Shown one piece after another: positions 17,476 to 27,404 of a DNA stretch of 64,000 bases. The notes under the pieces are model-generated. The model searched no databases. It had not been told where the DNA came from and saw only the letters and a program-made list of their open reading frames with translations. The DNA is taken from the NCBI GenBank assembly GCA_964536215.1, contig CAZHWT010000001.1, forward strand, positions 15,671-79,670, read 5' to 3'. Within the stretch, counting starts at the first letter, position 1. Each line of letters starts with the position of its first letter. The DNA is from an uncultured Candidatus Saccharibacteria bacterium (GTDB lineage: Bacteria; Patescibacteriota; CAZHWT01). Position numbers and translations under genes: made by a program.

Positions 17476-18165
17476 ATGCCTGATTCTCGCCCGTCATCAA
17501 AGTCGACCAAGAAGACCAGAAAACCAGCCACCCGACGACGAAAGTCCACCGTTGTATCTAAACCAGCTGCTTCACTCCCACCGCTACTAGCCCCGACGCC
17601 AGCGCCGGAACATACCACTGCTACAGCGCCACCACCGTCAGTAGCACCACCTTTACCTCTGGTACGCACTAGCTACAACGCCAACCGCATTAAGCGACTA
17701 AGCTGGGCTGGCGGACTAGCCATTGTCATGCTTATTGGTGCGGTAGGCTGGCTGTATCGAGATCAACTGCTCGCCTTACTGCCAACTACCGACCACTCGC
17801 CAGCGCCAGCGTATCATCTGCAGGTCGAGCCTGAACGTCTTGATGAGGAGAAGCTGTCGCAAGCATTGCAGCAGGCCGGTATTTCGCCCCCTTCGGCTAG
17901 CACTTCGGCTCAAAGTAGTGACTCAGCTACGCCGGCGTATGTGGCCGAATACGCCAACACGACTGACCAGGAGCTGCACGAACGGCTAGAGGCTGGCATT
18001 GCTGCGCTGGATAATACCGAACCATATGTGGGAGTGTTGGCCGCCTACAAGGCCAAGATTAATCAACTTGAATCAACTAATCCGACCAAAGCGCGACAGG
18101 CGTTAATGGAAGCCGTGCAGTTAAGTAAAGAATTTACTGCTCTATATCTCTATGCCAAAGAGTAG
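17476..18165 (+). CDS. Hypothetical single-TM protein with basic, Pro-rich N-terminus
   Basis: TATACT 6 nt before ATG 17476; one TM segment. Confidence 0.65.
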   Translation: MPDSRPSSKSTKKTRKPATRRRKSTVVSKPAASLPPLLAPTPAPEHTTATAPPPSVAPPLPLVRTSYNANRIKRLSWAGGLAIVMLIGAVGWLYRDQLLALLPTTDHSPAPAYHLQVEPERLDEEKLSQALQQAGISPPSASTSAQSSDSATPAYVAEYANTTDQELHERLEAGIAALDNTEPYVGVLAAYKAKINQLESTNPTKARQALMEAVQLSKEFTALYLYAKE

Positions 18166-18237
18166 AGCGCTACCCCTAGATCACTTTTATCAATAGACCT
18201 CAGGTCTCACTACAGCTAGAGCGATACTGTGTTAGAT

Positions 18238-20187
18238 TTACCACTGCTCCTGCCAGTGGAAATCTGTTCCGCCGCCGCCGTTTAGGAGTCGGGCTAATCC
18301 CTGATTAGCTAGATATTGTGATGGGAACGAAATTACCTCGGCCGGGGTAGTACTGTTATTTGGATTACCCTTGCGACCCAAGTCGCGACCTAAACTTACC
18401 CCTCCTAACCCAATTAACGCGCCAGTGTGAGTGAGGACGGTGCTAGAGGCGCCGGTGTTAATGGTTTTAGCAGCGATAATGATACCGGCGGAAAATTCTA
18501 CTGAAGGCTGGTAGATAACATCGCCAGTAACTAGGAATACAACGGCAGTTTGAGGGTTGAGTGCAAATCTACTATTAATAGCTAAATCGCCGTTAATAAT
18601 AATAACAGCGTTGTAGACACCGGCCTGGAAGCCAGCCGTAAGGGTATTGGAGTCAATGGTAAACTTACCGTCAAAGCCATAAATACCGCTACTACTCGGC
18701 AGGCGACCAGCGGTCAATGGTTGAGCTTTGCGCTGCAGTTTGTCAAGCTGAGGAATGTAGGTTTTAAGCCCGCTAATTGGCGCCATGGGGGCAGGATAAC
18801 GGGTAATGTACCAGGCTTGGGGCGAAACAAGGCCACTAATAGAGTCGCCACTGCCCGTAGCCACGACGCCATCGGCGCTATATTGACCATCTGGAACAAG
18901 GCCGGGAATACTTATGGAGCCGGCCGAATAAACGTCGCCGCCGGTTAAGCGAACCCAAGCACCAAAAATTGCATAATCAGGACTTTTGCTTTCGGAACCG
19001 GCCACGTCGTTGATGCGAAAGTGCACTTCTGGCCGAGTAGCTTTGGCGCTATTGCCGAAGTCGTATGAGTTAATAGTTACTTTGACATACCCGGTATATC
19101 CAGCCGGTGCAGGTTGGCCGTTGTCCAACCTCGTTACCGATGAAACATTTTGCCAACTAGACCAGCAGTCGCATCCGTCCTTATCAAAGGATTGAAATTG
19201 GGCGGTGGTTGGATCAATGCCCGAAGTAACGTCTCTGACGCTTACCCACATTGCGTACGAGTGATTGTTGCCGCTAGTGCTGTAGTCAAAGTTGCGCCAA
19301 TCTTGGGGGGCAACGGTATCAATCTTGACCGGACCGTACGTATGCTGAGGCTCAACGTTACCAGCATTGTCCTCAGAATAATAGTTAAATGAATGAACGC
19401 CGTTATCAACTAAGGAAAACTGGGTGACATTGCCGTTACTCGCATTTAAACTGGCGCCGTCAAAGAAAGCGATACCCAATCCGGCTTTGTCGCCTAATTT
19501 TAAATAAATCTGGTCATACCCACTGGGGACAGTAAACTCAACATTGAGTAGTCGCCAATCCCAGTCTCCTACAACTTTTTCACTAGCTTGGACCAAGATA
19601 TCGGGCAAACTGCTAGAGCTATCGGCCGCCCAAACCTCCATCCAGGCACCCGGACTACCGATGTTTAATGTTTTTACCCAACTGCTGGCAGTATACGTTT
19701 TTCCAGCTTGCACCTGGCTGGCGTAATTAACGTTGGTCCAGTATTGGTATTGTGAAAGAATGGAGAGAACGGCGGCTGAGCCATAATCATATTTTGATGG
19801 GGTACTTGTTTGGTAAAGAAATCCAAAGCCACTGTCAACCCTATCCCAGTTGGTGATGCCAAAAAAGTTGCCGTTTTCGAATGAAGGATTGAGGATGGAA
19901 TTAGTGGTCCCGGTTATTTTTCTCGTAATAGGGGAGAGTGAGTCGATTTGATAGGTGGTCGAAGCTACGCCACTTTCCAAGTCTTTAGCTTGCAAACTCA
20001 CGTCAACCGTGGAGGTATACCAATCATTGTTGCCGACGGTTCCGTCCAGGCGGAGTAGGGTGGTAGCGGGCGGCGTTTTCTCTCCAGCCGCTGCAACCTG
20101 ATGTGGCGCAATTGCGGCTGCTGCGCCAATAATAACAGTAAAAATAAACAGGCGAATCATAGGTATAGCTGCAGCCAAGCCTACCAT
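18238..20187 (-). CDS. Secreted multidomain protein (Ig-like, carbohydrate-binding-like module, C-terminal beta-helix), pilus-associated
   Basis: Signal peptide; GNNDWYTS.V...YYSEDNAGNVE...KIDTVAP Ig-like repeat; NSILNPSFE CBM4/9-like; IIINGDLAIN beta-helix. Confidence 0.7.
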   Translation of the reverse strand: MVGLAAAIPMIRLFIFTVIIGAAAAIAPHQVAAAGEKTPPATTLLRLDGTVGNNDWYTSTVDVSLQAKDLESGVASTTYQIDSLSPITRKITGTTNSILNPSFENGNFFGITNWDRVDSGFGFLYQTSTPSKYDYGSAAVLSILSQYQYWTNVNYASQVQAGKTYTASSWVKTLNIGSPGAWMEVWAADSSSSLPDILVQASEKVVGDWDWRLLNVEFTVPSGYDQIYLKLGDKAGLGIAFFDGASLNASNGNVTQFSLVDNGVHSFNYYSEDNAGNVEPQHTYGPVKIDTVAPQDWRNFDYSTSGNNHSYAMWVSVRDVTSGIDPTTAQFQSFDKDGCDCWSSWQNVSSVTRLDNGQPAPAGYTGYVKVTINSYDFGNSAKATRPEVHFRINDVAGSESKSPDYAIFGAWVRLTGGDVYSAGSISIPGLVPDGQYSADGVVATGSGDSISGLVSPQAWYITRYPAPMAPISGLKTYIPQLDKLQRKAQPLTAGRLPSSSGIYGFDGKFTIDSNTLTAGFQAGVYNAVIIINGDLAINSRFALNPQTAVVFLVTGDVIYQPSVEFSAGIIIAAKTINTGASSTVLTHTGALIGLGGVSLGRDLGRKGNPNNSTTPAEVISFPSQYLANQGLARLLNGGGGTDFHWQEQW

Positions 20188-20197
20188 TCTTGTCAGA

Positions 20198-21130
20198 CTA
20201 CTTAGTCAGTGGGTTAGTGGAGCCGTTAAACAAGGCGTAATCAAAAATGGCTGGCAGAGTAGCATTGGAGCGAACAACTTTGACGGTCCGCTGGTTTTCT
20301 CCAGCTACGGCTGTCGAGGTAATCTCTTGACCCTGCGGAGGGAGAACGTGGCCGCCAACTGGCTGAATGGCAATTTGCTCGGTATCATCGCCGTACATAA
20401 GGCGAATACGGGCCAGCTTTAGGTTGACGCCAGTTGGTAAGTTGATGGTCTTCTTAAACTTATAGTTACCCCGATGGCTACCATCCTGAGTAACCAAATA
20501 AGTGCCGTGTGGATACACGGGTGGGTTATCTATGCCACTGTTGTCGAATCCATTTTGACGGCCAGCATTGGTACATTTATCATAAGCCTGTTTATCCATA
20601 CCATATTTGCCGCTTGAATCGGTATAAATAATACTCACAACAATGGCCGCGGTATGTTGCCCGCTATTGTCGCATGCCCCACCACTATCAAGAGTATCCC
20701 AGAAAATATCTAGTTTATTGCCAGCGTACTTGACTGTATTGCCGTCTGCATCTTGGCTTTCTAGGCTAACTTGAATGACGTCATCGCGCTTAACATCTTG
20801 GAGGCCAAAGGCGTCTGTGGTGCCACCAATAATTTTAGCCGTAACTTTGACAGAATCTACACCGTCAATTTGCAATTTATTGTTATCACTATCAACAAAA
20901 CAACCTTCTGTAGTTTGGCAGGCGGCTGGATCTACATTTAGCTTGCCTAGAGCCACCTCAATGCCCGCCTCAGCAGCGCTAAAAGCCCGGTTGGATTGGT
21001 TAAGGTGGGTAGTATCACGGAGGTTGGAGAGTGTGCGCGAAGCAACAGACAGGCCAATACTCATTCCCACCAGAACAACCAGTAATACGAGAACCAAGAT
21101 CTGTCCGGAGGAAGATGACTGACGTGACAT
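20198..21130 (-). CDS. PilX-like minor pilin
   Basis: GQILVLVLL...RAFSAAEAGIE (no Glu5); start ATG 21130. Confidence 0.8.
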   Translation of the reverse strand: MSRQSSSSGQILVLVLLVVLVGMSIGLSVASRTLSNLRDTTHLNQSNRAFSAAEAGIEVALGKLNVDPAACQTTEGCFVDSDNNKLQIDGVDSVKVTAKIIGGTTDAFGLQDVKRDDVIQVSLESQDADGNTVKYAGNKLDIFWDTLDSGGACDNSGQHTAAIVVSIIYTDSSGKYGMDKQAYDKCTNAGRQNGFDNSGIDNPPVYPHGTYLVTQDGSHRGNYKFKKTINLPTGVNLKLARIRLMYGDDTEQIAIQPVGGHVLPPQGQEITSTAVAGENQRTVKVVRSNATLPAIFDYALFNGSTNPLTK

Positions 21131-21181
21131 AGTAGTATGATTATGCATGCCTGCTAAAGGCATTGTCAAACGTGGAGCAGA

Positions 21182-21793
21182 TTACCTGGTGTAGCTGCGC
21201 AATGAAATGCTGGTAATAAACGGTACTTTAATCCGCTTAGCTCGCTGCTGTGCGTCCGCACTCCAGCCGTCAAAGAGATTGAGAGAGACGGTCACATGGT
21301 CGGGTGAAACCTTGGACTCGACAACGTCGAACATGGGCGTGCCAGAAATGGCCTCAACGCTAATACTGCCAGGCCCGTCCGAGGTAAACAGTTCATGCTT
21401 ATCGCCGCAGGAAGTACCGTCATTTCGATACGACTGAACCCAAAGTTTGCCGTTACCGCCATCGGGCTTATTGTAATAATAGTCAACGAGCTGACACCCA
21501 CCATTAGAGTTATATTCAATCGAATCGGTCGGAATAGTTAAATGCAGACAAGCATCGTTAGCTTCCTTACAATTAGTATTTTCGACCACAATAGCGCTGC
21601 GAACACTGCGCTCCAGCCGCTCAAACACAGCCGACCCTTCGGATTGTAGTCTATTAATAGTGTTGGCCTTTACCACCGCTCCGTTAATAATGGCGTAAAG
21701 AGAGATGCCAATTCCAGACATAATACCCAATAGGGCCACGGAGACAAGGATTTCGATGAGGGTAAAGCCAGAGGTTGAGTGTTTTTTATTCAT
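21182..21793 (-). CDS. Minor pilin (PilW/GspJ-like)
   Basis: GFTLIEILV prepilin motif; start ATG 21793. Confidence 0.85.
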   Translation of the reverse strand: MNKKHSTSGFTLIEILVSVALLGIMSGIGISLYAIINGAVVKANTINRLQSEGSAVFERLERSVRSAIVVENTNCKEANDACLHLTIPTDSIEYNSNGGCQLVDYYYNKPDGGNGKLWVQSYRNDGTSCGDKHELFTSDGPGSISVEAISGTPMFDVVESKVSPDHVTVSLNLFDGWSADAQQRAKRIKVPFITSISLRSYTR

Positions 21794-21794
21794 G

Positions 21795-22352
21795 TTATTG
21801 CCAATCAGAGAGTATAGTTTGGTTGATGAGTCGTCGCGGAGCAGCACTTGTGCCATAGCAAATCACGGCTGAAGCCTCAACTTTGGTGCCATCCGCTAGT
21901 CGGTGCATGACAATTTCGCGGTAAAAATTTGACGAATCTGGGATTTTGTAAGCGCTACTGCTACGAATTTGGCTGCAGCGGTCTTTTCCAGCATCTGAGG
22001 CTGACAGGTTGCCTTTATATTCTAGCGTTGGGTCGCCAGAAGCGTCATTTAAGACATAATGCCGATATGTATCTACCTGCAGCACGGTCGGCGACGCATT
22101 AGACGACTCCAGCAACTTATTCCAGGTATTCTTGTCGCGAATTACTCGCAATGTTTCGATAGCCTGGCGAGAGTATTGGTCGGCAATAGCCTGATTGCGC
22201 GACTCATTAACCGCGTTGAGTGAGGCATTTGTGACTACAACTAATGCCACAATAGCAATACTCACAATAGCAATGGCTAAGACAACCTCTAGCAAGGATA
22301 ATCCTTGCTGGCTAGAAGTACGTGACGTGGACGTTAAGTGTAATTGCTTCAT
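21795..22352 (-). CDS. Minor pilin (PilV/GspI-like)
   Basis: QQGLSLLEVVLA prepilin motif. Confidence 0.85.
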   Translation of the reverse strand: MKQLHLTSTSRTSSQQGLSLLEVVLAIAIVSIAIVALVVVTNASLNAVNESRNQAIADQYSRQAIETLRVIRDKNTWNKLLESSNASPTVLQVDTYRHYVLNDASGDPTLEYKGNLSASDAGKDRCSQIRSSSAYKIPDSSNFYREIVMHRLADGTKVEASAVICYGTSAAPRRLINQTILSDWQ

Positions 22353-22355
22353 ATA

Positions 22356-23102
22356 CTAACAGGCCTGGACTCTCAGGGTGGTTCGAGATATATATAAGCA
22401 TTGGTAAATAGTGGTCCAAAAAGCCTTTGATTGAAATTTTAAAATGGTATGTCCAGCACTTGGAAGATTGGTCCGACCCGTTACTGTATCGTACGTAATA
22501 CCTTCTTCTGCTACTTTAAAGCCAGTGTATGAGCTGTCTTCACCATCTGCCTTCATAATTTTAATTGAGGAGTTAAAATCTCTAGTAATAATTGGATCTG
22601 GAGTAGGATTGGTTTTGCAGGCCGTAACGCCATCAGCGGCGGTGGCGCGCCACTCGGGAACAACCTGGTAGCCAGTATACGCATAGGGGTCGCCAGTGCT
22701 AATGAGGCTAAAGGCGTAGTCATTGATATAGGTAGTGTCACCGTCACAGTCACTGGATAATTCATCTGGGTTTTTACTGGCATCAGCTTGGTCTTGATAG
22801 TTTGAGAGGGCTCTAGCTCTGGCTGTTTTTATGTCGCTAGCCATTTGATTGGCAGCATTGGACAATTGCTGGTGTTGATAGATGCCAAAGAGACTAGGAA
22901 TAGCTATGGCAGCTACGATGCCCATAATGGCAATAGCCACCAATAACTCAAGCAGCGTAAACCCAGCCGGGGGCGAAGTCGAGCAACGATCTGGCTTGCT
23001 TGAACGATGAAGCTTGGCGATTGCTACGATCGACGCAGTTTGCTTCTGATGCTTTTGTATCCGTATCCTGACATTCAATTGATGGGCAGTTAGAATTTTC
23101 AT
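22356..23102 (-). CDS. Minor pilin (FimT/FimU/GspH-like)
   Basis: GFTLLELLVAIAI...AANQMASDIKTARARA; ATG 23102 overlaps the pilD stop (ATGA). Confidence 0.82.
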   Translation of the reverse strand: MKILTAHQLNVRIRIQKHQKQTASIVAIAKLHRSSKPDRCSTSPPAGFTLLELLVAIAIMGIVAAIAIPSLFGIYQHQQLSNAANQMASDIKTARARALSNYQDQADASKNPDELSSDCDGDTTYINDYAFSLISTGDPYAYTGYQVVPEWRATAADGVTACKTNPTPDPIITRDFNSSIKIMKADGEDSSYTGFKVAEEGITYDTVTGRTNLPSAGHTILKFQSKAFWTTIYQCLYISRTTLRVQAC

Positions 23103-23971
23103 AGCAATAGCTGTTGATACCAGGTTGCAATTATGGGCGTTAACCAGAGCGAAAGCAGTGTGCCGACGACCAAAAAGGGGCCAAAGGGGATTGTCTGGCC
23201 GAATGTTTTTTGCTTGGCTGCTAACAGAAGCAATGATAGCACGGCGCCCAAAATAAAGGCAAGATAAATAGCTACAATAATAGCCGGATATCCCAGAAAG
23301 AGGCCCATTAAAAGTGCTAACTTGACATCTCCCAGCCCCATGCCTGGTTTGTGGAGGATTTTTTCCGACCCCCAGACGATGATTAGGAAGAATAGCGCGG
23401 CGGATAGTCCGCTGACCAAAGTAGGCGAGTAGGTGAGTAGGTGAGTAGGTGAGTCCAGGCTGGCTAAGGGTTGCCATGTAAGGGGTTGTTGTAAGATTGC
23501 GGCTAGTATCGCCATGACTAAAGTTAAAGCTGCACCACCTAGGGTCCAGATATCAGGCAAATAGCCCCAGCGAAGGTCGTAGACGAACAGAGCGATGAGT
23601 AACGCAGTCATAACCCAAACGAATACTAGTGTGGCGATTTGCCAAGCGTCTAGCGTGTAGCGTGTAGCGTCTAGTCCATACATATACACAAAGCTAGTCA
23701 CAAAACTAAAGGCAGTTGTTAGCTCGATAGCTATATATTGAGGTGAGATTTTTTTATGACAATACCGGCAGCGGCCGCCTAAGAGAAGGTAGGAAATAAC
23801 CGGAATAAGGTCGAGAGGAGAGAGGGTATGCTGACAATGAGGGCAGACAGAGTGTTTCTCTAGCATGGAGCGGTCATTATAGACTCGCCAAATCCAAGCA
23901 GTTAAGAAACTACCAATCATAGCTCCAAGAATAGCAACAAAAATTATGGTAGCGATGAGGATAAGAAGCAT
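23099..23971 (-). CDS. pilD: Prepilin peptidase/N-methyltransferase
   Basis: GSFL, SVCPHC...GRCRYC, YDL, MGLGDVKL, IPFGPFL. Confidence 0.95.
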   Translation of the reverse strand: MLLILIATIIFVAILGAMIGSFLTAWIWRVYNDRSMLEKHSVCPHCQHTLSPLDLIPVISYLLLGGRCRYCHKKISPQYIAIELTTAFSFVTSFVYMYGLDATRYTLDAWQIATLVFVWVMTALLIALFVYDLRWGYLPDIWTLGGAALTLVMAILAAILQQPLTWQPLASLDSPTHLLTYSPTLVSGLSAALFFLIIVWGSEKILHKPGMGLGDVKLALLMGLFLGYPAIIVAIYLAFILGAVLSLLLLAAKQKTFGQTIPFGPFLVVGTLLSLWLTPIIATWYQQLLL

Positions 23972-24007
23972 ATAGTGCTCAGAGTACTGCGATTAATGTT
24001 TTTGCTA

Positions 24008-24053
24008 CTTTACAGAGATAAAAACTGATACGTACGTACACGTATATGTACCT
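24008..24053. repeat. Dispersed RY-alternating element (copy also at 44200-44245)
   Basis: CTTTACAGAGATA-N8-TA(C/T)GTACGTACACGTAT shared with identical spacing. Confidence 0.75.
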
Positions 24054-24056
24054 ACA

Positions 24057-24091
24057 ATTTTCTATTTTCTATTTTCTATTTTCTATTTTCT
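24057..24091. repeat. Tandem heptamer (ATTTTCT)x5
   Basis: Five perfect copies. Confidence 0.95.
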
Positions 24092-24116
24092 ATAAATAGC
24101 CTACCAGGCAGGCACT

Positions 24117-24147
24117 AAAAAAGAAAGCGCCCGAAGGCGCCTTCTTT
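24117..24147 (-). terminator. Intrinsic terminator of pilA
   Basis: Minus strand AAAGAAGGCGCC-TTCG-GGCGCTTTCTTTTTT (UUCG tetraloop). Confidence 0.85.
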
Positions 24148-24170
24148 AAGGTAAAGGACTGCTAAGTCTT

Positions 24171-24674
24171 TTACTTAGGAAGATGGAAAGTTGTACCTTC
24201 CGTAGGAGCATCAGCCGCAGCTGGAGCTGCCCCACACTTGTACCAAGTTTGCCCTAAGCTGGTGTAATACGCAATGTACACATCGCCAGAACATTTAGTC
24301 GAGAACGCGGCTTTAGCGCTCTGAGAGGCCAAGGTGCCGTAGTAGATCAAGTCAGCGCCAGACGAAACTACGATTGGGGTGATGGTCGATCCAGGAGCTT
24401 GCTTGAGGAACCCTCCACCAACGAGACCTGACGTTGAGTCACCAATAGATTGGCAAGATGTTGCATACGTTGTACCACCACCTGTTGAGGTGTAACAAGT
24501 TTCAACAGCAGTTGCTACCTGACCAAGATCACTCTTTACCTTAGAATCGTTGGCCTCGTTTATACGCTCGGCTGGGTTAATGGCGACCAAAACAACAGCG
24601 GCCAAAATACCGATAATGGCGATAACGACCAATAATTCGATAAGGGTGAAACCTTTTTGAATTGATTTATACAT
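24171..24674 (-). CDS. pilA: Probable major type IV pilin
   Basis: KGFTLIELLVVIAIIGILAAVVLVAINP; strong SD GGAGGTG before ATG 24674; own terminator. Confidence 0.85.
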   Translation of the reverse strand: MYKSIQKGFTLIELLVVIAIIGILAAVVLVAINPAERINEANDSKVKSDLGQVATAVETCYTSTGGGTTYATSCQSIGDSTSGLVGGGFLKQAPGSTITPIVVSSGADLIYYGTLASQSAKAAFSTKCSGDVYIAYYTSLGQTWYKCGAAPAAADAPTEGTTFHLPK

Positions 24675-24858
24675 GGGTTTCACCTCCCTTCACAAAAGCA
24701 AAGATGTATCCGGATGGACATCTTTGCTGGTGTTTTAGATAAGTAAGAGAGAAAAATGCAGGGCAGGGCATAGGTGGTTAGTGGTGGGTAGCGTGTGGTG
24801 AGTAGGTAATAATAGTATTATCTTTTACTATACTGCACCCAATGGAATCGGGCAAGCA

Positions 24859-26064
24859 TTATCCAATACTTCCCAGTACGCCATAGATAGGCAAGAGTAA
24901 GGCGAAGATTAAGAAACCGACACAAACACCCAGCACAATCATAATAATTGGCTCTAGGGCGGTTGATAAGTTTTTCACAGTGTTATTCGTTTCCTCTTCA
25001 AAGGTGTGGCCAACTTTAAGCAAGACCTCGTCCAGCTTACCCGTCTTTTCGCCAATCGAGGTCATTTGGTTAACTAGTCGGGGGAAGATAGGCTGGCGTT
25101 CAAAGGCCGTCGCTAGTGCCGCCCCTTTTTCGACCGATTGAGCAATGCTGGCGGCAGCCTCCTGGAAACGAATATTGGTTAACGTCTCTTTAGAAATATC
25201 CAGAGCATCAAGAATTGGCACACCAGAGCTAATTAGAAGCGCCAGCGTGTCAATAAATTGCGTTAGCTGGACTAAGTGATTTAATTTGCCAAAAATCGGC
25301 ACTTTAGCAAATGTGTCAGAAATGACATACTTACCCTTAAGCGTAGAGGCAAACCAGCGATAGGCCGCAATTACTCCTACAATAAGTAGAATCATAATGT
25401 ACCACTGGCTGGTAAATAGATTTGAAATGCCAACTAAAATGAGGGTGCTTAGGGGTAGATCAACATCCAAACTCTCATAAACCTGCTTCATTTGCGGAAT
25501 AACAAAGACCATCATAACGGCCATAACACCGGCCATGGCAATCAAAATGATAATTGGGTAAATTAGGGCACCTTTAACCTTGGCTCTGAATTCGGCCTGG
25601 CTTTCTAAGGAATCAGCCAGCTTAACTAAAATTTTATCTAGATTACCCGATGCTTCACCGGCCTTAATTAAGCTGATATACAAACGAGGGAAGATTTGCG
25701 GATACTTTTCCAGCGAGCGAGAGAATGACAAGCCACCATCAATATCCCGAACTATTTCTTCAAGGGTTTTTTTGAAAAAGCCAGGCTTTAGCTGAGCGGC
25801 TAACACTTCCAAAGCCTGGGTTAGAGGTAAGCCGGCATTTACCATTGTGGCCAACTGTCGTGTTGTGGTTGACAGCACCTTACCGGACACCTTATTAGCG
25901 CCCAGCATGCCCATTATGTCTGTTTGGCGCTTGAGCTCCAGAGAAGTAATTAACAGTTTGCGATTCCGCAGAATATCGGCAGCTTGGTGCTCATCGGCAG
26001 CCTCGATAAGACCCGATGAAGCGGCGCCGGTTTCACTGAGTGCGGTATAACGATATGTAAGCAT
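24859..26064 (-). CDS. pilC: Type IV pilus platform protein PilC (GspF family)
   Basis: RQLATMVNAGLPL, AGEASGNL, GALIYP, GEKTGKLD, LEPIIMIVLG. Confidence 0.95.
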   Translation of the reverse strand: MLTYRYTALSETGAASSGLIEAADEHQAADILRNRKLLITSLELKRQTDIMGMLGANKVSGKVLSTTTRQLATMVNAGLPLTQALEVLAAQLKPGFFKKTLEEIVRDIDGGLSFSRSLEKYPQIFPRLYISLIKAGEASGNLDKILVKLADSLESQAEFRAKVKGALIYPIIILIAMAGVMAVMMVFVIPQMKQVYESLDVDLPLSTLILVGISNLFTSQWYIMILLIVGVIAAYRWFASTLKGKYVISDTFAKVPIFGKLNHLVQLTQFIDTLALLISSGVPILDALDISKETLTNIRFQEAAASIAQSVEKGAALATAFERQPIFPRLVNQMTSIGEKTGKLDEVLLKVGHTFEEETNNTVKNLSTALEPIIMIVLGVCVGFLIFALLLPIYGVLGSIG

Positions 26065-26082
26065 AATTTTGTGTACTGCCCC

Positions 26083-27186
26083 TTATGCAGTTGGCGTCTG
26101 AGGCTGAGCAGGTTGATTGCGTAGAATGCGATCCAGCTCGCCAGCTCGCAGAGTGTGCTGCTTAGCTTCTTCTAATGATATTTTGCCGGCTTGAATAAGT
26201 GTGGCCAGTGATCGCTCAAGGCTTACCATGCCCTGGTCGCCACCAGTCATCATTAAGTTATCGATTTGATGAGTCTTGCCTTCGCGAATAACTGATCGAA
26301 TACCAGAGTTGATGGCCAAAATTTCTGTCGCCGCTACCCGCCCACCACCTAATGCTGGGATGAGCCGCTGAGAGACAATACCCTCTAACGAGCCGGCTAA
26401 CTGCGCTCGGACTTGGGCTTGCTGATGCTCTGGGAAAACATCGATAACACGGTCGACGGTCTGAGCGGCTGAGTTGGTGTGAAGTGTGGCAAATACTAAG
26501 TGGCCAGTTTCAGCAATGGTTAGCGCCGCAGAAATTGTTTCATAGTCACGCATTTCGCCAACCAGTACTACGTCAGGATCTTCACGCAAAACAGAGCGTA
26601 GGGCAATGTCCCACGAATGCGTATCTAGATGAAGCTCGCGCTGAGTAATGAGTGAGCGGCGATGCGGGTAAACATACTCGATTGGATCTTCAACGGTAAT
26701 AATGTGGGCGGCGCGCGTTTCGTTTATCTGATTAATCATGGCAGCCAACGTGGTCGACTTACCGTGCCCGGTCGGGCCCGTCACTAGCACAAACCCCTGG
26801 GGAAGAGTAGTGAGGCGCTGCACCGCTTGGGGTAAGCCTAACTCCTCTAAGGTACGGATAGTGGTAGGAATGAGTCGCAGGGCGGCTCCCAAATAGCCTT
26901 TTTGATGGTAAATATTGACGCGGAAACGAGCCACTTCACCAAGAGCAAAAGAGAAGTCAACCTCTTTGTTGGAGATGAGAATATCTTTTTGTTCGTCACT
27001 GGTGAGAGAAAACGATAGGTCTTCCAAATCTTTGGCCGTTAACGGATTTAGCCCCTCGATAGCCACCAACGATCCATCAATTCTGACCATTGGGAGAGCG
27101 CCAACCGTTAAGTGCAGGTCGGATGCCTTACGGCGAATTACCTCTTCGAGCAACTGTTGAATTGTGGGAGTAGCTGTGGTCGGCAT
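26083..27186 (-). CDS. pilT: Twitching motility retraction ATPase PilT
   Basis: ASDLHL, GPTGHGKSTT, EDPIE, LREDPDVVLVGEMRD, TGHLVFATLHTN. Confidence 0.96.
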   Translation of the reverse strand: MPTTATPTIQQLLEEVIRRKASDLHLTVGALPMVRIDGSLVAIEGLNPLTAKDLEDLSFSLTSDEQKDILISNKEVDFSFALGEVARFRVNIYHQKGYLGAALRLIPTTIRTLEELGLPQAVQRLTTLPQGFVLVTGPTGHGKSTTLAAMINQINETRAAHIITVEDPIEYVYPHRRSLITQRELHLDTHSWDIALRSVLREDPDVVLVGEMRDYETISAALTIAETGHLVFATLHTNSAAQTVDRVIDVFPEHQQAQVRAQLAGSLEGIVSQRLIPALGGGRVAATEILAINSGIRSVIREGKTHQIDNLMMTGGDQGMVSLERSLATLIQAGKISLEEAKQHTLRAGELDRILRNQPAQPQTPTA

Positions 27187-27404
27187 AGTTAAATACTTGT
27201 ATTTCCAGTATTACGTATCAAGCAAGCGATTGCAAGCCCTCAGCTGCTGAGGCAGCCGTTATTGGTTACTTTCCGCCAGAGGCGGACAAGAGCTACTTGG
27301 TGACTTGGTTTAACTGGGTGTCGGGTTTCGACAAAGCTATTCGTAGCATTCGTTGTTTGTGGATTCGAATATACATTCGTAATTTGGACGCTACTTATTT
27401 GTCA

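Noticed and set aside
23103-23477. N-terminal extension of the 373-aa pilin ORF
   Set aside because: Overlaps pilD in another frame; the ATGA-coupled start at 23102 is more plausible.
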